DNA of 64,000 nucleotides, taken from the NCBI GenBank assembly GCA_947088865.1, contig CAMUHY010000019.1, forward strand, positions 2,185 through 66,184. Direction: 5' to 3'. The notes under the pieces were generated by a model. It saw nothing but the letters and a program-made list of their open reading frames with translations, was not told the DNA's origin and did no database searches. Shown here in pieces: positions 50,938 through 60,501 of this stretch. The number at the start of each line of letters is the position of its first letter. Position 1 is the first letter of the stretch. This DNA is from an uncultured Eubacterium sp. GTDB lineage: Bacteria; Bacillota; Clostridia; Lachnospirales; Lachnospiraceae. A program made the translations under genes and the position numbers.

Positions 50938-51903
50938 CTATATCTCTGACCTTGCTCTATTTCTTGCATCTAATTCTTTCTCCCAATCATCATCCATTTC
51001 ATCAATGGCTTGCTGCTGTAATCGCTGCCTTTCTTCAAGAGACAAGCCTAGTATTTCCTCGCTAACAATAGGCTGTTCTATACAATGACAATTTATTCTT
51101 TCTTCTGGTGGTAAAATAGTATCACCTGGAAACATTGGATTATAGATACTGCCATCTGCTCCAATAAGTTCAAAAGGTTCATTTACAGGTACCCGCTGTC
51201 CATCCATGTCAACATGGTTCTGTCGTGGCTCGTTTCTATATTCTCCTGTGTGCTTCCACATTTTTTCGCTAACTACTGGACTTTGCATAAATGCCTCTTG
51301 CTGTGCTGCTCTATGTGCTGTTAAAACCTCTGTAACAGCAACTCTCCTAGCCTTGTAATATTCATTTCGTATGCCACTGTCAAGAATTTCATGAGTAAAC
51401 TCTGCTATACTGCTGCCCTCTTTCAGTCCTTTTTCAAGTATACGTTCAATTTCTTTGTGGCTGTTTAGCTGCATAATTTCTCCAAGTTCTTTACTCCAAC
51501 CTTCTACCCATGCCATTGTCCTCTCTGACACTTGTGTCAATTTAAGGTCTTTATCTGTCTGCGCTATATAATAACCAATAAATTCTGGCATAAATTTATT
51601 AAGTTTTTCTTTAAACACTTTAATAAGTTTGACTTTTGTTGTATTATCCAATTTTACTTTTGACCAAACATCCTCTGCAAAAGTTTCAAGGTCAATAGCC
51701 TTTTCTACCTCTGCAATAATCTCGTCCGTTTCGTCTAAAAGTGCCTCCGCCACACCATCCTCAATTTCTTGTATATATTTAATGGTCTTTTCAGACTTTA
51801 TATAGCCCTGTGCTTCAAGCTCATCAGAAAGGTTATCGTCTGCCTTTTTAATATATACATCAATCGCCTTTATAAGGGAATTGCAATGTATACACATAAT
51901 CAT
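50938..51903 (-). CDS. Phage minor head protein (Mu gpF/SPP1 gp7-like)
   Basis: ARRVAVTE, KMWKHTG..PRQNHVDMDGQ and EERINCHC. Confidence 0.85.
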   Translation of the reverse strand: MIMCIHCNSLIKAIDVYIKKADDNLSDELEAQGYIKSEKTIKYIQEIEDGVAEALLDETDEIIAEVEKAIDLETFAEDVWSKVKLDNTTKVKLIKVFKEKLNKFMPEFIGYYIAQTDKDLKLTQVSERTMAWVEGWSKELGEIMQLNSHKEIERILEKGLKEGSSIAEFTHEILDSGIRNEYYKARRVAVTEVLTAHRAAQQEAFMQSPVVSEKMWKHTGEYRNEPRQNHVDMDGQRVPVNEPFELIGADGSIYNPMFPGDTILPPEERINCHCIEQPIVSEEILGLSLEERQRLQQQAIDEMDDDWEKELDARNRARSEI

Positions 51904-53465
51904 TCCCCCTTATCCATTTTAAGTAAAAGATTCTTAACCTCTTTCATCACAGCTACAACTGTATCATCATGTTTTCCTGCTGCCTTTTCAATCTGTTTTT
52001 GTAAACTCATAGTAAGCTGGTTAAGGTCAAAGCCCATTTTATTCGTCTGTGATTTGCTATAAGCAAGTGGGACATTTCCCCATTCTTCTGGATAATCTTC
52101 TGCTATTTCTCCATATGCCTCAAAAATAATTTGCTTTGCTTTATTTGGTGTTAAACCACCTGCATTATTACAAACCGTTAAAATTTTATAAAGGTCGTCC
52201 ATATTAGTAATATCTGGTTCCAAAAAATATGCCTCAACATACTTAAATTGATAACTATTCAAAAGGCGATTATTAATTGCCCATGCAAGACTTTTACGCT
52301 CTGGCTGAAATACCTGTTCCTCTGTTACCTCCATCGCCATTTGTGCTGTAGCTCTGTTAAAATCAGTTGTATATCCAACATAAAGGTCTGGAAGCTGAAA
52401 AGAAGATTGCACTTTTCGACGATTATTGTCCAGATAATCTTGAAAAAGTTCATCTTTCTGGAGAATATTAGCAAGGTCTTTTATCTCAATCTCTGGCTTT
52501 TCTGATTGGTCAAAATCTATACGTCCATCTGTGCTTTCTGTTTCCAATATAATAAATGCGTGCTGCCCAGCTGCTCCCTTAATATCGTTCATATATTGCT
52601 GAAGTTTATCAAAACTTTCATTGGTTAATGTACCACCTTTAATCATAATCATAAGCGGCGTATGCCTACCATTTTCAAAATAATTATTATTAAGACTTTC
52701 TGCTTTCCTACTGCCATCTACTCCAAGTACCTGCCCCATCCAACGTACTTCACCATATGGCTCTATACCTATAGAAAATTCCATAATCTCATTAGCCTGC
52801 TGTGCTAAATTAAGAGTTTCACCTTCTTCAAGATATTTGCCATCTGTGCTATTCATAATACGAGGGTCGCCAAATTCACGGAAATATACGGTCTTTCCAC
52901 CTATTATTTCCTGCTTATATTTACAATAACGCTTTTTGCGTTCAAGCTGTTGTCCATGATGATAATATGTCGAGGGAATATATGGTTCAAGCGGCTTTGT
53001 CTTTTGAATAGATGATGTATCCTTAATAAAATCAATCTGTACAACCTCTCCTGCAATATTTCGTATTACTTCAAGATAAGCTATACCATATGTTTCTCGT
53101 GCTTCTATAATATTCTCAAACACTTCTTTAGTATCCTGTTCTGTATTCAATAATTCAATAATTCTCTCAGCTTTGCTAAATTCTTCTTTCATTTCTTGTG
53201 TTTCTTCCATGTCATCAATATATCTCACACCAATGCCAAATCCAGCAATATTATTTTTATAAGCTCTGATACATTGGGGAAGAATAGTACTATTTTTTAC
53301 TAAATTATGAAGCCCCTTAAAATCATTTGATGGTTTTATCCAATCTTCTGCATTATAAATATCATTTTCTGATATCTGTATAGAAGTATCTGCTTTTTCA
53401 ATAGGAACTTGCTGTCCTTGTTCTTTGATTATTCGTACTTGCATTCCACATTTCGATTTATTCAT
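51900..53465 (-). CDS. Phage portal protein (PBSX/XkdE-like)
   Basis: ILPQCIRAYKNNIAGFG, YGEVRW and NNNYFENGRHTP; follows the terminase. Confidence 0.88.
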   Translation of the reverse strand: MNKSKCGMQVRIIKEQGQQVPIEKADTSIQISENDIYNAEDWIKPSNDFKGLHNLVKNSTILPQCIRAYKNNIAGFGIGVRYIDDMEETQEMKEEFSKAERIIELLNTEQDTKEVFENIIEARETYGIAYLEVIRNIAGEVVQIDFIKDTSSIQKTKPLEPYIPSTYYHHGQQLERKKRYCKYKQEIIGGKTVYFREFGDPRIMNSTDGKYLEEGETLNLAQQANEIMEFSIGIEPYGEVRWMGQVLGVDGSRKAESLNNNYFENGRHTPLMIMIKGGTLTNESFDKLQQYMNDIKGAAGQHAFIILETESTDGRIDFDQSEKPEIEIKDLANILQKDELFQDYLDNNRRKVQSSFQLPDLYVGYTTDFNRATAQMAMEVTEEQVFQPERKSLAWAINNRLLNSYQFKYVEAYFLEPDITNMDDLYKILTVCNNAGGLTPNKAKQIIFEAYGEIAEDYPEEWGNVPLAYSKSQTNKMGFDLNQLTMSLQKQIEKAAGKHDDTVVAVMKEVKNLLLKMDKGE

Positions 53466-54903
53466 TCTTTCTCACCTTCTTCCTTCTTGGTGGTTTTACT
53501 GGTAAACAAAGAAGCAACACACAGTCAGCCTCATCTGGAGAAGGCAATCCTCTTTTCTTTACTGCACCCTTACTTTCTATCCTGATTTTACTTGCTTCTG
53601 TTAATTCATACTTTCGCCCTGAAAGCTGTGCTACAAGGTCATCATCATCTGGAAGTATTAATTCTACTGGCTTTTTGTTTCCCTCCTCATCAAAAGGTTG
53701 TAACAATTTTTTAACTACTGCCATCATATATGTAGTACTGTCATGGTAATACTTGTGCTTTATACGCTGACCAAAAATTATTGGATAAACCTCCAGCCAC
53801 CAAAACCGCTCTGGATTATTCCGTTTTATCTGCCGCAAGCGGTCTACCACACCGCCACCCACACCACCATCATCTACTTTGACTGGGATAGGACTATCTA
53901 TTTCTGGTTCAAGCCTATATCTGCGTACTAAAATTTCACCTAATAGGATAATATCATCTGCCGTTTTCATAGTGTCCTGCCCTTGCCGTTTCTTATAAAA
54001 CTCTGCTTTCTCGTCTATCTTGTATCCGATTACCGTTTTGTCATCACCAAAACGTGCAACATCACAAGAAATATGGATTAAATTAGGAGTTTTTCGAGGT
54101 GAAAATTCTGTCATAATAGAATTTTCTATAAGTGACAGCGGAATAAATATATCATCTTCCTGTTTTGGAAATTCTCCAAAAACACGAACCAATACAACAT
54201 TGCTATCTCTGCCATATTTTCGTATTAAAACGTCAATATTTTCTTTATTCGTTCTTAAGCTATCCATAGAGGATACGGTATGACATTTATAAAGAACTCT
54301 GTCTGAATTAAATGCATCAAAAAATGTGCCAGATGTCCTTGTTGGATTCCCGCACATTAATAATTTATTATTCGCGCCGGACAATGTACCAAGTATTGCC
54401 TCCATAATAGGGTCCGCAACACCGGAAGCCTCATCTACAATAAACAACATATTATCCTCATGGAAGCCCTGCATATTTTCTGGTTTTGTAGCCGTTCTTG
54501 CTACGGCAAACCAGCGCTTCTCATTGCCAACCAGATAAATATAAGTCTTTGTCCATTTAAGAATTTTTGAAAGCAAAGGAGATTTACTCATCCATTTACT
54601 AACTTCGGACCATAACACATCATGTAATTGTTGCTTTGTTGGTGCAGTTGCCACAATTCTTGGATAAGGATAACAACAAAGAAACCATAATAAAGTCACA
54701 GCCTCTAAACCTGTTTTTCCAACACCTTGCCCAGACTTAATTGCAACCTTTGCATTTTCTGCCAAATCCATTAATGCTGCCTGCTGCCATTCGTCAGGTT
54801 CAAACAACAAGACTTCTCTAGCAAATAAAACAGGATTCTTGCGATATTGTGGTATTCTCTGTTGAAAAAATTGTTTCCGTAAAATGTGTAAATCCTTATT
54901 CAT
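53458..54903 (-). CDS. Phage terminase large subunit
   Basis: SGQGVGKT (Walker A-like), FIVDEASG, GNPT, DVARFGDD and SPDEAD nuclease motif. Confidence 0.92.
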   Translation of the reverse strand: MNKDLHILRKQFFQQRIPQYRKNPVLFAREVLLFEPDEWQQAALMDLAENAKVAIKSGQGVGKTGLEAVTLLWFLCCYPYPRIVATAPTKQQLHDVLWSEVSKWMSKSPLLSKILKWTKTYIYLVGNEKRWFAVARTATKPENMQGFHEDNMLFIVDEASGVADPIMEAILGTLSGANNKLLMCGNPTRTSGTFFDAFNSDRVLYKCHTVSSMDSLRTNKENIDVLIRKYGRDSNVVLVRVFGEFPKQEDDIFIPLSLIENSIMTEFSPRKTPNLIHISCDVARFGDDKTVIGYKIDEKAEFYKKRQGQDTMKTADDIILLGEILVRRYRLEPEIDSPIPVKVDDGGVGGGVVDRLRQIKRNNPERFWWLEVYPIIFGQRIKHKYYHDSTTYMMAVVKKLLQPFDEEGNKKPVELILPDDDDLVAQLSGRKYELTEASKIRIESKGAVKKRGLPSPDEADCVLLLCLPVKPPRRKKVRKNE

Positions 54904-55627
54904 TGCTTTCTACCTCTTTTCCTAAAACAGCCATCATCCAATTATCAACCAGTTCATCACCCATGTTTTCACTATCTAGCTTTGCCTTTTCTGCTCGATA
55001 TTTTGATAATACTTCAATAGCTTTCGTTCTTGCTTTTTGCACTTTTGTAAGCTCTGCTTCTAATGCCATAATACTATTCATAACCGATTTTGTATTTGTA
55101 ATCGTTGTTTCTGTAACCTTTTTACCAACACATTTACCATCTGCATTAATTGAATTTTTTACATTCTTTTTTTTGGATACAGTTTCTACAGCAAGTCCAT
55201 GATTTTCTTCCTCTATTTTTTTATACCTTTTAATACTTTTCATAAACCTGTGTTCTCGTATAGAAAACATTTGCAACTGCATGATTAATTGCTGCTCTTC
55301 CTTATCATCCATACTATCAACTAAAATCTGTTCTTCCTTATCAAGAGTATCCCAATATACTTTAGAATAAGCTCCATGCTTTTGTGCATTCTTATTTCGT
55401 TGTTGCCCACCCTTTGATTTTTTTTGCAACGTTGCATTTTTTTTACTATCTTTTTTTGCAACGTTGCATTTATTTTTTTTTAACTTATTGCCCCAATCAT
55501 ACCTATTTTTCCAACTGCGAACAGTACTATCTGAAACCCCTAATCTTTCTGCAATTTCTACCATTGTTAAGCCATCATTAAATAACTTTTCGGCTTCAAT
55601 CATTTTGTCGCTTGGCGCTCTTGGCAT
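54896..55627 (-). CDS. Phage terminase small subunit
   Basis: N-terminal HTH (IAERLGVSDSTVRSWKNRYDW) and GGQQRNKNAQKHGAYS. Confidence 0.88.
   Translation of the reverse strand: MPRAPSDKMIEAEKLFNDGLTMVEIAERLGVSDSTVRSWKNRYDWGNKLKKNKCNVAKKDSKKNATLQKKSKGGQQRNKNAQKHGAYSKVYWDTLDKEEQILVDSMDDKEEQQLIMQLQMFSIREHRFMKSIKRYKKIEEENHGLAVETVSKKKNVKNSINADGKCVGKKVTETTITNTKSVMNSIMALEAELTKVQKARTKAIEVLSKYRAEKAKLDSENMGDELVDNWMMAVLGKEVESNE
55425..55468. repeat. Tandem palindromes inside terS (candidate pac/TerS-binding sites)
   Basis: TGCAACGTTGCA at 55425-55436 and 55457-55468, separated by A/T tracts. Confidence 0.6.
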
Positions 55628-55719
55628 ATCACCACCCCTCTTCTATTCGTTTTATTTTTTTTACTGAAAAGCAACGATACTTTTTCAGTTTATTTATACG
55701 AATATTATTCGTTATGACA

Positions 55720-56241
55720 TTAAATCTTTGTTATAAATTCTGCTTTGGAATATCCCTCGTTTGGCTTAATCATCATTCTTAGAAAATCCTCTTTTGAAAA
55801 ATCAGAAAGACGAAATACCTCTTCTGGTTTCATACCAAGTTGCTTACCAATTTCTTCAACCGATTTTCCCTCTCCTAACAGTTCCTTTATAATCGCTTTC
55901 ATAGGCTCTAACAGATGGGTACCTCTAGCTCTATTATGAGTAACTGTTCCATAAATATTGCTTGCTTTATCTTTATGTTCTACAATAACAATAGGCACTT
56001 TTCCTTCTAACATTGATTTTAGAGGTTCTTCTCCTGCAATAGTCCAACGATGAAAGCCATCAATAATTGTAAAATCAGGTCTTACTACAATTGGCAATGT
56101 CCATCCATTGGTTAAAATAGATTGCTTCAACAATTCCAGATTCTGTTTTGACACCTTATTAGGGTTATAATCATTTGGCTTTATAACGCCTCTATCTACC
56201 CATTGAAGTGTAGAAAGAGGGCTACTCAGTTTGCTGTCCAT
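55720..56241 (-). CDS. ParB/Srx-like protein (IbrB-like)
   Basis: PNDYNPNKV, GWTLPIVV, IIDGFHRW and HNRARGTH. Confidence 0.85.
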   Translation of the reverse strand: MDSKLSSPLSTLQWVDRGVIKPNDYNPNKVSKQNLELLKQSILTNGWTLPIVVRPDFTIIDGFHRWTIAGEEPLKSMLEGKVPIVIVEHKDKASNIYGTVTHNRARGTHLLEPMKAIIKELLGEGKSVEEIGKQLGMKPEEVFRLSDFSKEDFLRMMIKPNEGYSKAEFITKI

Positions 56242-57406
56242 TTTTCAATTTCTCCTTTTTTTTCGCTTCTTCAATGTATTTACTATATATTTGCTGATAT
56301 AAAGACCTTAATGACCGTTCCTTTGGGTCGCCCGAAATTAATGCTTCATATATAGCTTTACAATCTTTGTTATCTGCAATAACAGACACATTCATAAAAA
56401 AATTTCTATACCTATCTGCTACATATCGCTTATGCTTTGTTTGAAAATGAGTATCCATATCGGAAAATAACTCTAAAAGAGCGGCTTTATAATCTTTTTG
56501 AGCTTTTCCTTTTTCATTTTGCCTTCTAATAGCTGTACTTCTTCCAAACATCTCACTGTCCCAATATAAAGCAGCAAGGTACGCGTTTGGTTCTCTTCGG
56601 ATTATCCTTTCCATAAGGTCTGGATAATACTCATTCATCTTTACTAAAGTTTTTGCAGTATCAATAGAAAAAAACTGCGACACTCTTAATTGCGATTTTC
56701 GTGTTCCAGATTGCCACAAAAACAAATAAACTTCTGGTATATCAATTTTTTCTCTAAGCAAATACAGCCATACATCATTATTAGTCCAATCATATATGGG
56801 GAATACCTGATGCTTATTGGTCATAGATTTACCTGCTTTAAGCATTGCTGCAATATTTTGTAAACGCTGAACGGACTCTGCAGCTCTTATCCCTGTTATT
56901 GTAATTCCATCATTACATATTCGTGGCAAAAAGTCTTGATAGGCATCGATTCGTGGTCTTAATAATGGGTGACTTTTAATGGAAAAGGATGGTGGCTGCC
57001 TTACCCAAACATCCTTTTTATACCTATCCCAGCAAATAAATGTTTCATCATTCGATAATTCATTAAAACAATTATAATGTTTTACTTCTAAACAAAACCA
57101 TTCAAATTTTGCTCCAATCAACATAAACTTTTTTCGCCACTCTCTTACTTTTTCATCCATACATGGAAAGATAGCTTCTTCATCAATAAATTGTACCATT
57201 AATTGTGCTGGATTAATTTCTCCTGCTTGTATCAAATCCATTACAAGCTGGGATAAGCATAAACTATCTTTTCCACCACTAAAAGACATATATACTGGCA
57301 ATCCATTTTGAAATACATTTTTAATTCTAATTTTTGCTGCTTCTACAACATCAATACTAGCTATACATCTTTTTATAGCCATATTTTTTCTCCACATTTT
57401 GGACAA
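56222..57406 (-). CDS. PAPS-reductase-family PP-loop protein (IbrA/DUF3440-like)
   Basis: SFSGGKDS PP-loop, FIDEE, GIRAAESVQR and PIYDWTNNDVW. Confidence 0.85.
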   Translation of the reverse strand: MSKMWRKNMAIKRCIASIDVVEAAKIRIKNVFQNGLPVYMSFSGGKDSLCLSQLVMDLIQAGEINPAQLMVQFIDEEAIFPCMDEKVREWRKKFMLIGAKFEWFCLEVKHYNCFNELSNDETFICWDRYKKDVWVRQPPSFSIKSHPLLRPRIDAYQDFLPRICNDGITITGIRAAESVQRLQNIAAMLKAGKSMTNKHQVFPIYDWTNNDVWLYLLREKIDIPEVYLFLWQSGTRKSQLRVSQFFSIDTAKTLVKMNEYYPDLMERIIRREPNAYLAALYWDSEMFGRSTAIRRQNEKGKAQKDYKAALLELFSDMDTHFQTKHKRYVADRYRNFFMNVSVIADNKDCKAIYEALISGDPKERSLRSLYQQIYSKYIEEAKKKEKLKNGQQTE

Positions 57407-58011
57407 ACCATAAACTTTTGTATTTCCGTAGCATTATTTTCTATAACATGGCTTTCTGTAATATTATTTTTCTCTGTTTCTGCATGATTAGAATCAAAAT
57501 CATTTATATTGGATTGTATGTCATTTATTTTTTGTTCTTTTCTTTCACCATTTTTTTTAATATTTTGGATTTCTTCATCATCCAGTGTTCCATATTCTGA
57601 AATTTTATCCGTAACTTCTTCTGCTTCACAGACCATTTGTTTTAAAATTTCTTCATCAAAACCAGGTATATCTAAATCTCCTTGCAATTCTTCTAAAAAG
57701 CTGTTTAACGTGTCTAAATTTTCAATACCTAAATTAAAAATTTTATTGTCTGCAATCATCAGCTTCTTTTTTTGATTTTCAGTAAGATTACTATATTGAT
57801 ATACTTCTGCTGTTTCTTCTCCCATAGCAACCAATGCATCATACAAGCCATTTCCTGCTAAAATAACCTTCTTTTCATCAATAACAATGGGACGAATTTG
57901 TCCAAACATCTTTATACTACGTTCAAATTCCTTTAATTGCTGCCCTGTATGAATCCGAACATTCTTTTCTGGCTTTATAAGGTCTGTCAATTTCATTATC
58001 GTTACTTTCAT
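57373..58011 (-). CDS. ParB N-terminal domain protein with an acidic linker and C-terminal zinc knuckle
   Basis: NVRIH..SIKMFGQIRPIVID..ILAGNG, ADNK and terminal CPKCG. Confidence 0.82.
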   Translation of the reverse strand: MKVTIMKLTDLIKPEKNVRIHTGQQLKEFERSIKMFGQIRPIVIDEKKVILAGNGLYDALVAMGEETAEVYQYSNLTENQKKKLMIADNKIFNLGIENLDTLNSFLEELQGDLDIPGFDEEILKQMVCEAEEVTDKISEYGTLDDEEIQNIKKNGERKEQKINDIQSNINDFDSNHAETEKNNITESHVIENNATEIQKFMVCPKCGEKIWL

Positions 58012-58083
58012 ATTTGATTCATATCCTCCTACTTATTTTGGAGGAACGATTGACGTATGATGTATATGCTATCTGCAAATAAC

Positions 58084-58127
58084 AAAAAAAGACAACACTT
58101 GCACTCTTTTGTATGCAAATGCTGTCA
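58084..58127 (-). terminator. Intrinsic terminator inside the cassette
   Basis: Minus strand GACAGCATTTGCAT-acaaaaga-GTGCAAGTGTTGTC followed by T8. Confidence 0.7.
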
Positions 58128-58925
58128 AGTGTTAGCAATCGTATTCATTGTTTCCAAAAACACTTTTGCACTCTGTAAATATTGTGCCGCCTCAATTACT
58201 ATTGAACGGTCAATCTCATAAATTTCAGACCATGCGTTTTCAATACTCCCAGTCCATTGTCTTGCTGGCCATGGGTGAGTTCCGCATAAATAACCATTTT
58301 TCCAATTATAAATTGGCGGCATTTTTAAATGATAATAATAAATATATGCTAATATCTGCTCATGTGTCCAATCAGACAGTGGACTATACCTTGTCACTCC
58401 TTGTCTGTTTGTATAAATATTGTCTCCTTTACCGACATAATTCCCATCTGCTCTGCGCCTTCCAAGAAGTAGCATATCAAGACCATTCTCTTTATAATAT
58501 GTTGCTTGTCCCCTATGTTGAACAATCTGAAACCATTGTGATGCAATTTTACTATCTTGCGGAAACAACATATTTTGATGAGCAGCTAACCATTTTATAT
58601 CTTGTCCTGTATTGATTATAGATAATTCTGGAGGCTTATTTTCCTCTATCCATTCCATAAATGGTTTATATTCCAGCTTACAGATTACAAGAACACATGG
58701 TGTTATTCCTGCCTGTTGGCAAATATCTCCAAGTACTAAAGAATCTTTCCCACCGCTCCATGCGTAAGCTGCTTTTTTATTTTTAGTCTTCTCTTTGATA
58801 TCTTGTATTGTTTTATAAACGAATTGCTCCAATTCCTCTTTAGGCACAAGCTGTTCAATTTTTTCAAAGGCATGAATCCAATCCGCATTTTTTACTCTCT
58901 GCTTTTTTCCAAGTACATCACCCAC
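58125..58925 (-). CDS. Second PAPS-reductase-family PP-loop protein
   Basis: AWSGGKDS PP-loop, GRRRADGN and SPLSDWTHEQ. Confidence 0.8.
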   Translation of the reverse strand: MGDVLGKKQRVKNADWIHAFEKIEQLVPKEELEQFVYKTIQDIKEKTKNKKAAYAWSGGKDSLVLGDICQQAGITPCVLVICKLEYKPFMEWIEENKPPELSIINTGQDIKWLAAHQNMLFPQDSKIASQWFQIVQHRGQATYYKENGLDMLLLGRRRADGNYVGKGDNIYTNRQGVTRYSPLSDWTHEQILAYIYYYHLKMPPIYNWKNGYLCGTHPWPARQWTGSIENAWSEIYEIDRSIVIEAAQYLQSAKVFLETMNTIANT

Positions 58926-58926
58926 T

Positions 58927-60303
58927 TTATAAATTCCTCCTTCTGCTTACAATGAAAGCGATTACACCAGACAAAAGAACGGTTAAAAGACTGCCTATTG
59001 TTTTGTAAATTGCGATGCCTTGTATATTTCCATATGCAAATATTGGCAAACCAATCATCCAAGCAAAAATAATCCCTATCACAATTCCTTGTGATTTCAA
59101 TGTTACTCCTTTAAGCGTAAATATTGTTGGAAGCAATGTAGCTGCCCTTAACGTTCCATACATTAAAAATAGGTGTGTTACTGTTAATCTTGGTATATTC
59201 GCTATGATAATCCCAACCAGTAATAATACAATCATAACTAATTTTGTTTTTCCAAGTGTCGTTTTCTTGAAAATATCTGTTGTAAGAGAAGATATGGCAC
59301 ATAAATTACTATCAATAGTAGACAATAATCCTGATACAACCATAAATAAAAAGGCAATAACTGCTCCTGATGGAAATAATGTATTTATTAATTCAAAATT
59401 AATAACACTTGTGTCTGTTGCAATATATTCCATACCTGCACCAATAAACCCAAGTATCCCCATCGACAAAGGAACGATACCAAACAGCACTGCTCCTACA
59501 AAAAAGGCTTTACCTATCTTTTCTTTTTTCACACAAAAAGCTCTCTGCCAAAAACATTGGTCGCCAAATGGTCCAGAAAGAAGTCCTATCATGGTAGGAA
59601 GTCCAAAGCCTAAAAAGATTTCTAATCCTCTCCTTGAAAACAACGACCCTGCATCCTTTGTAATTCCTCCTAAGCCTTTAACCAATGTTCCTAGCCCTCC
59701 ACCATTCTTCACACTACAAATGATAAAGCCAATGCTAATAACCAACATAAAAATCATTTGAATGGCATCGGTCAGTATCGATGCTTTTATTCCTGAAAAC
59801 TGTGAATAAGAAAATGCTATAATTGCCATAATAAACGTCATTACTGCAAATGGTACTCCAGTCAATATACTTAGTATCTTACTACCTGCCAACAATTGCA
59901 CACCTGTTGACAATGCTGACAATACTCCTAATTGAAATAAATAAGTATTCCTTACAGCTTTAGAATGATACTTTTCATACATATAGCCAGACAAAGTAAT
60001 TCCATTTGGCATTTCTTCTCTTATTTTCTTTGCAAAAGGAATGAAAACGATTAAACATAACACATTTGGTACTAGAAACCAAAAAAGCCCTGCAAAGCCT
60101 TTTGTATAAGCATTTTCGGCAGATGTGAATAAAGCTGGCGCCCATATCCATGTTGCTGCAATGCTTAATGCTGATACAAACCAACCTGTATTTCTGTTTC
60201 CGACGCAAAATCGTTCTATATTGTTTTCTTTTTTTGTCATAAGTATTGTTGTTCCTAACATTACTATTGTATAAATCAATAATACAATCCATGTATAGTC
60301 CAT
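58927..60303 (-). CDS. Sodium:solute symporter (SSS/SLC5 family)
   Basis: About 13 hydrophobic segments; SIAATWIWAPALF, FSGIKASILTDAIQ, DQCFWQR and SGLLSTIDS. Confidence 0.88.
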   Translation of the reverse strand: MDYTWIVLLIYTIVMLGTTILMTKKENNIERFCVGNRNTGWFVSALSIAATWIWAPALFTSAENAYTKGFAGLFWFLVPNVLCLIVFIPFAKKIREEMPNGITLSGYMYEKYHSKAVRNTYLFQLGVLSALSTGVQLLAGSKILSILTGVPFAVMTFIMAIIAFSYSQFSGIKASILTDAIQMIFMLVISIGFIICSVKNGGGLGTLVKGLGGITKDAGSLFSRRGLEIFLGFGLPTMIGLLSGPFGDQCFWQRAFCVKKEKIGKAFFVGAVLFGIVPLSMGILGFIGAGMEYIATDTSVINFELINTLFPSGAVIAFLFMVVSGLLSTIDSNLCAISSLTTDIFKKTTLGKTKLVMIVLLLVGIIIANIPRLTVTHLFLMYGTLRAATLLPTIFTLKGVTLKSQGIVIGIIFAWMIGLPIFAYGNIQGIAIYKTIGSLLTVLLSGVIAFIVSRRRNL

Positions 60304-60380
60304 ATTTTTTCTCCCATCATTTATTTGAGAGGAACTTATGCCTCCTGCTTTTGTATTCTCTCCTTTCTTGGAAAAATTGC

Positions 60381-60416
60381 ATAAAAAAGGAAGCCTGATT
60401 TATTTTCAGACTTCCC
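60381..60416 (-). terminator. Terminator-like hairpin upstream of the symporter
   Basis: Minus strand GGAAGTCTGA-aaataaa-TCAGGCTTCC followed by TTTTTT. Confidence 0.65.
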
Positions 60417-60501
60417 CCGACGTTTGATTTAGAATTTTACAAATATGATTTTCTCACATTTATATTGAAAAATCAAGGAAGACTTTTTGCAGATGGAGGT
60501 T

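Noticed and set aside
59015-59761. 248-aa plus-strand ORF
   Set aside because: It lies fully antisense to the symporter and has no RBS or recognisable motif; it is a shadow ORF, like most short opposite-strand ORFs in the track.
60304-60350. preQ1-I riboswitch upstream of the symporter
   Set aside because: A 5-bp stem and an A-rich tail are present, but the loop CATAAGTT lacks the conserved UUC-type preQ1 loop; kept only as an unexplained hairpin.
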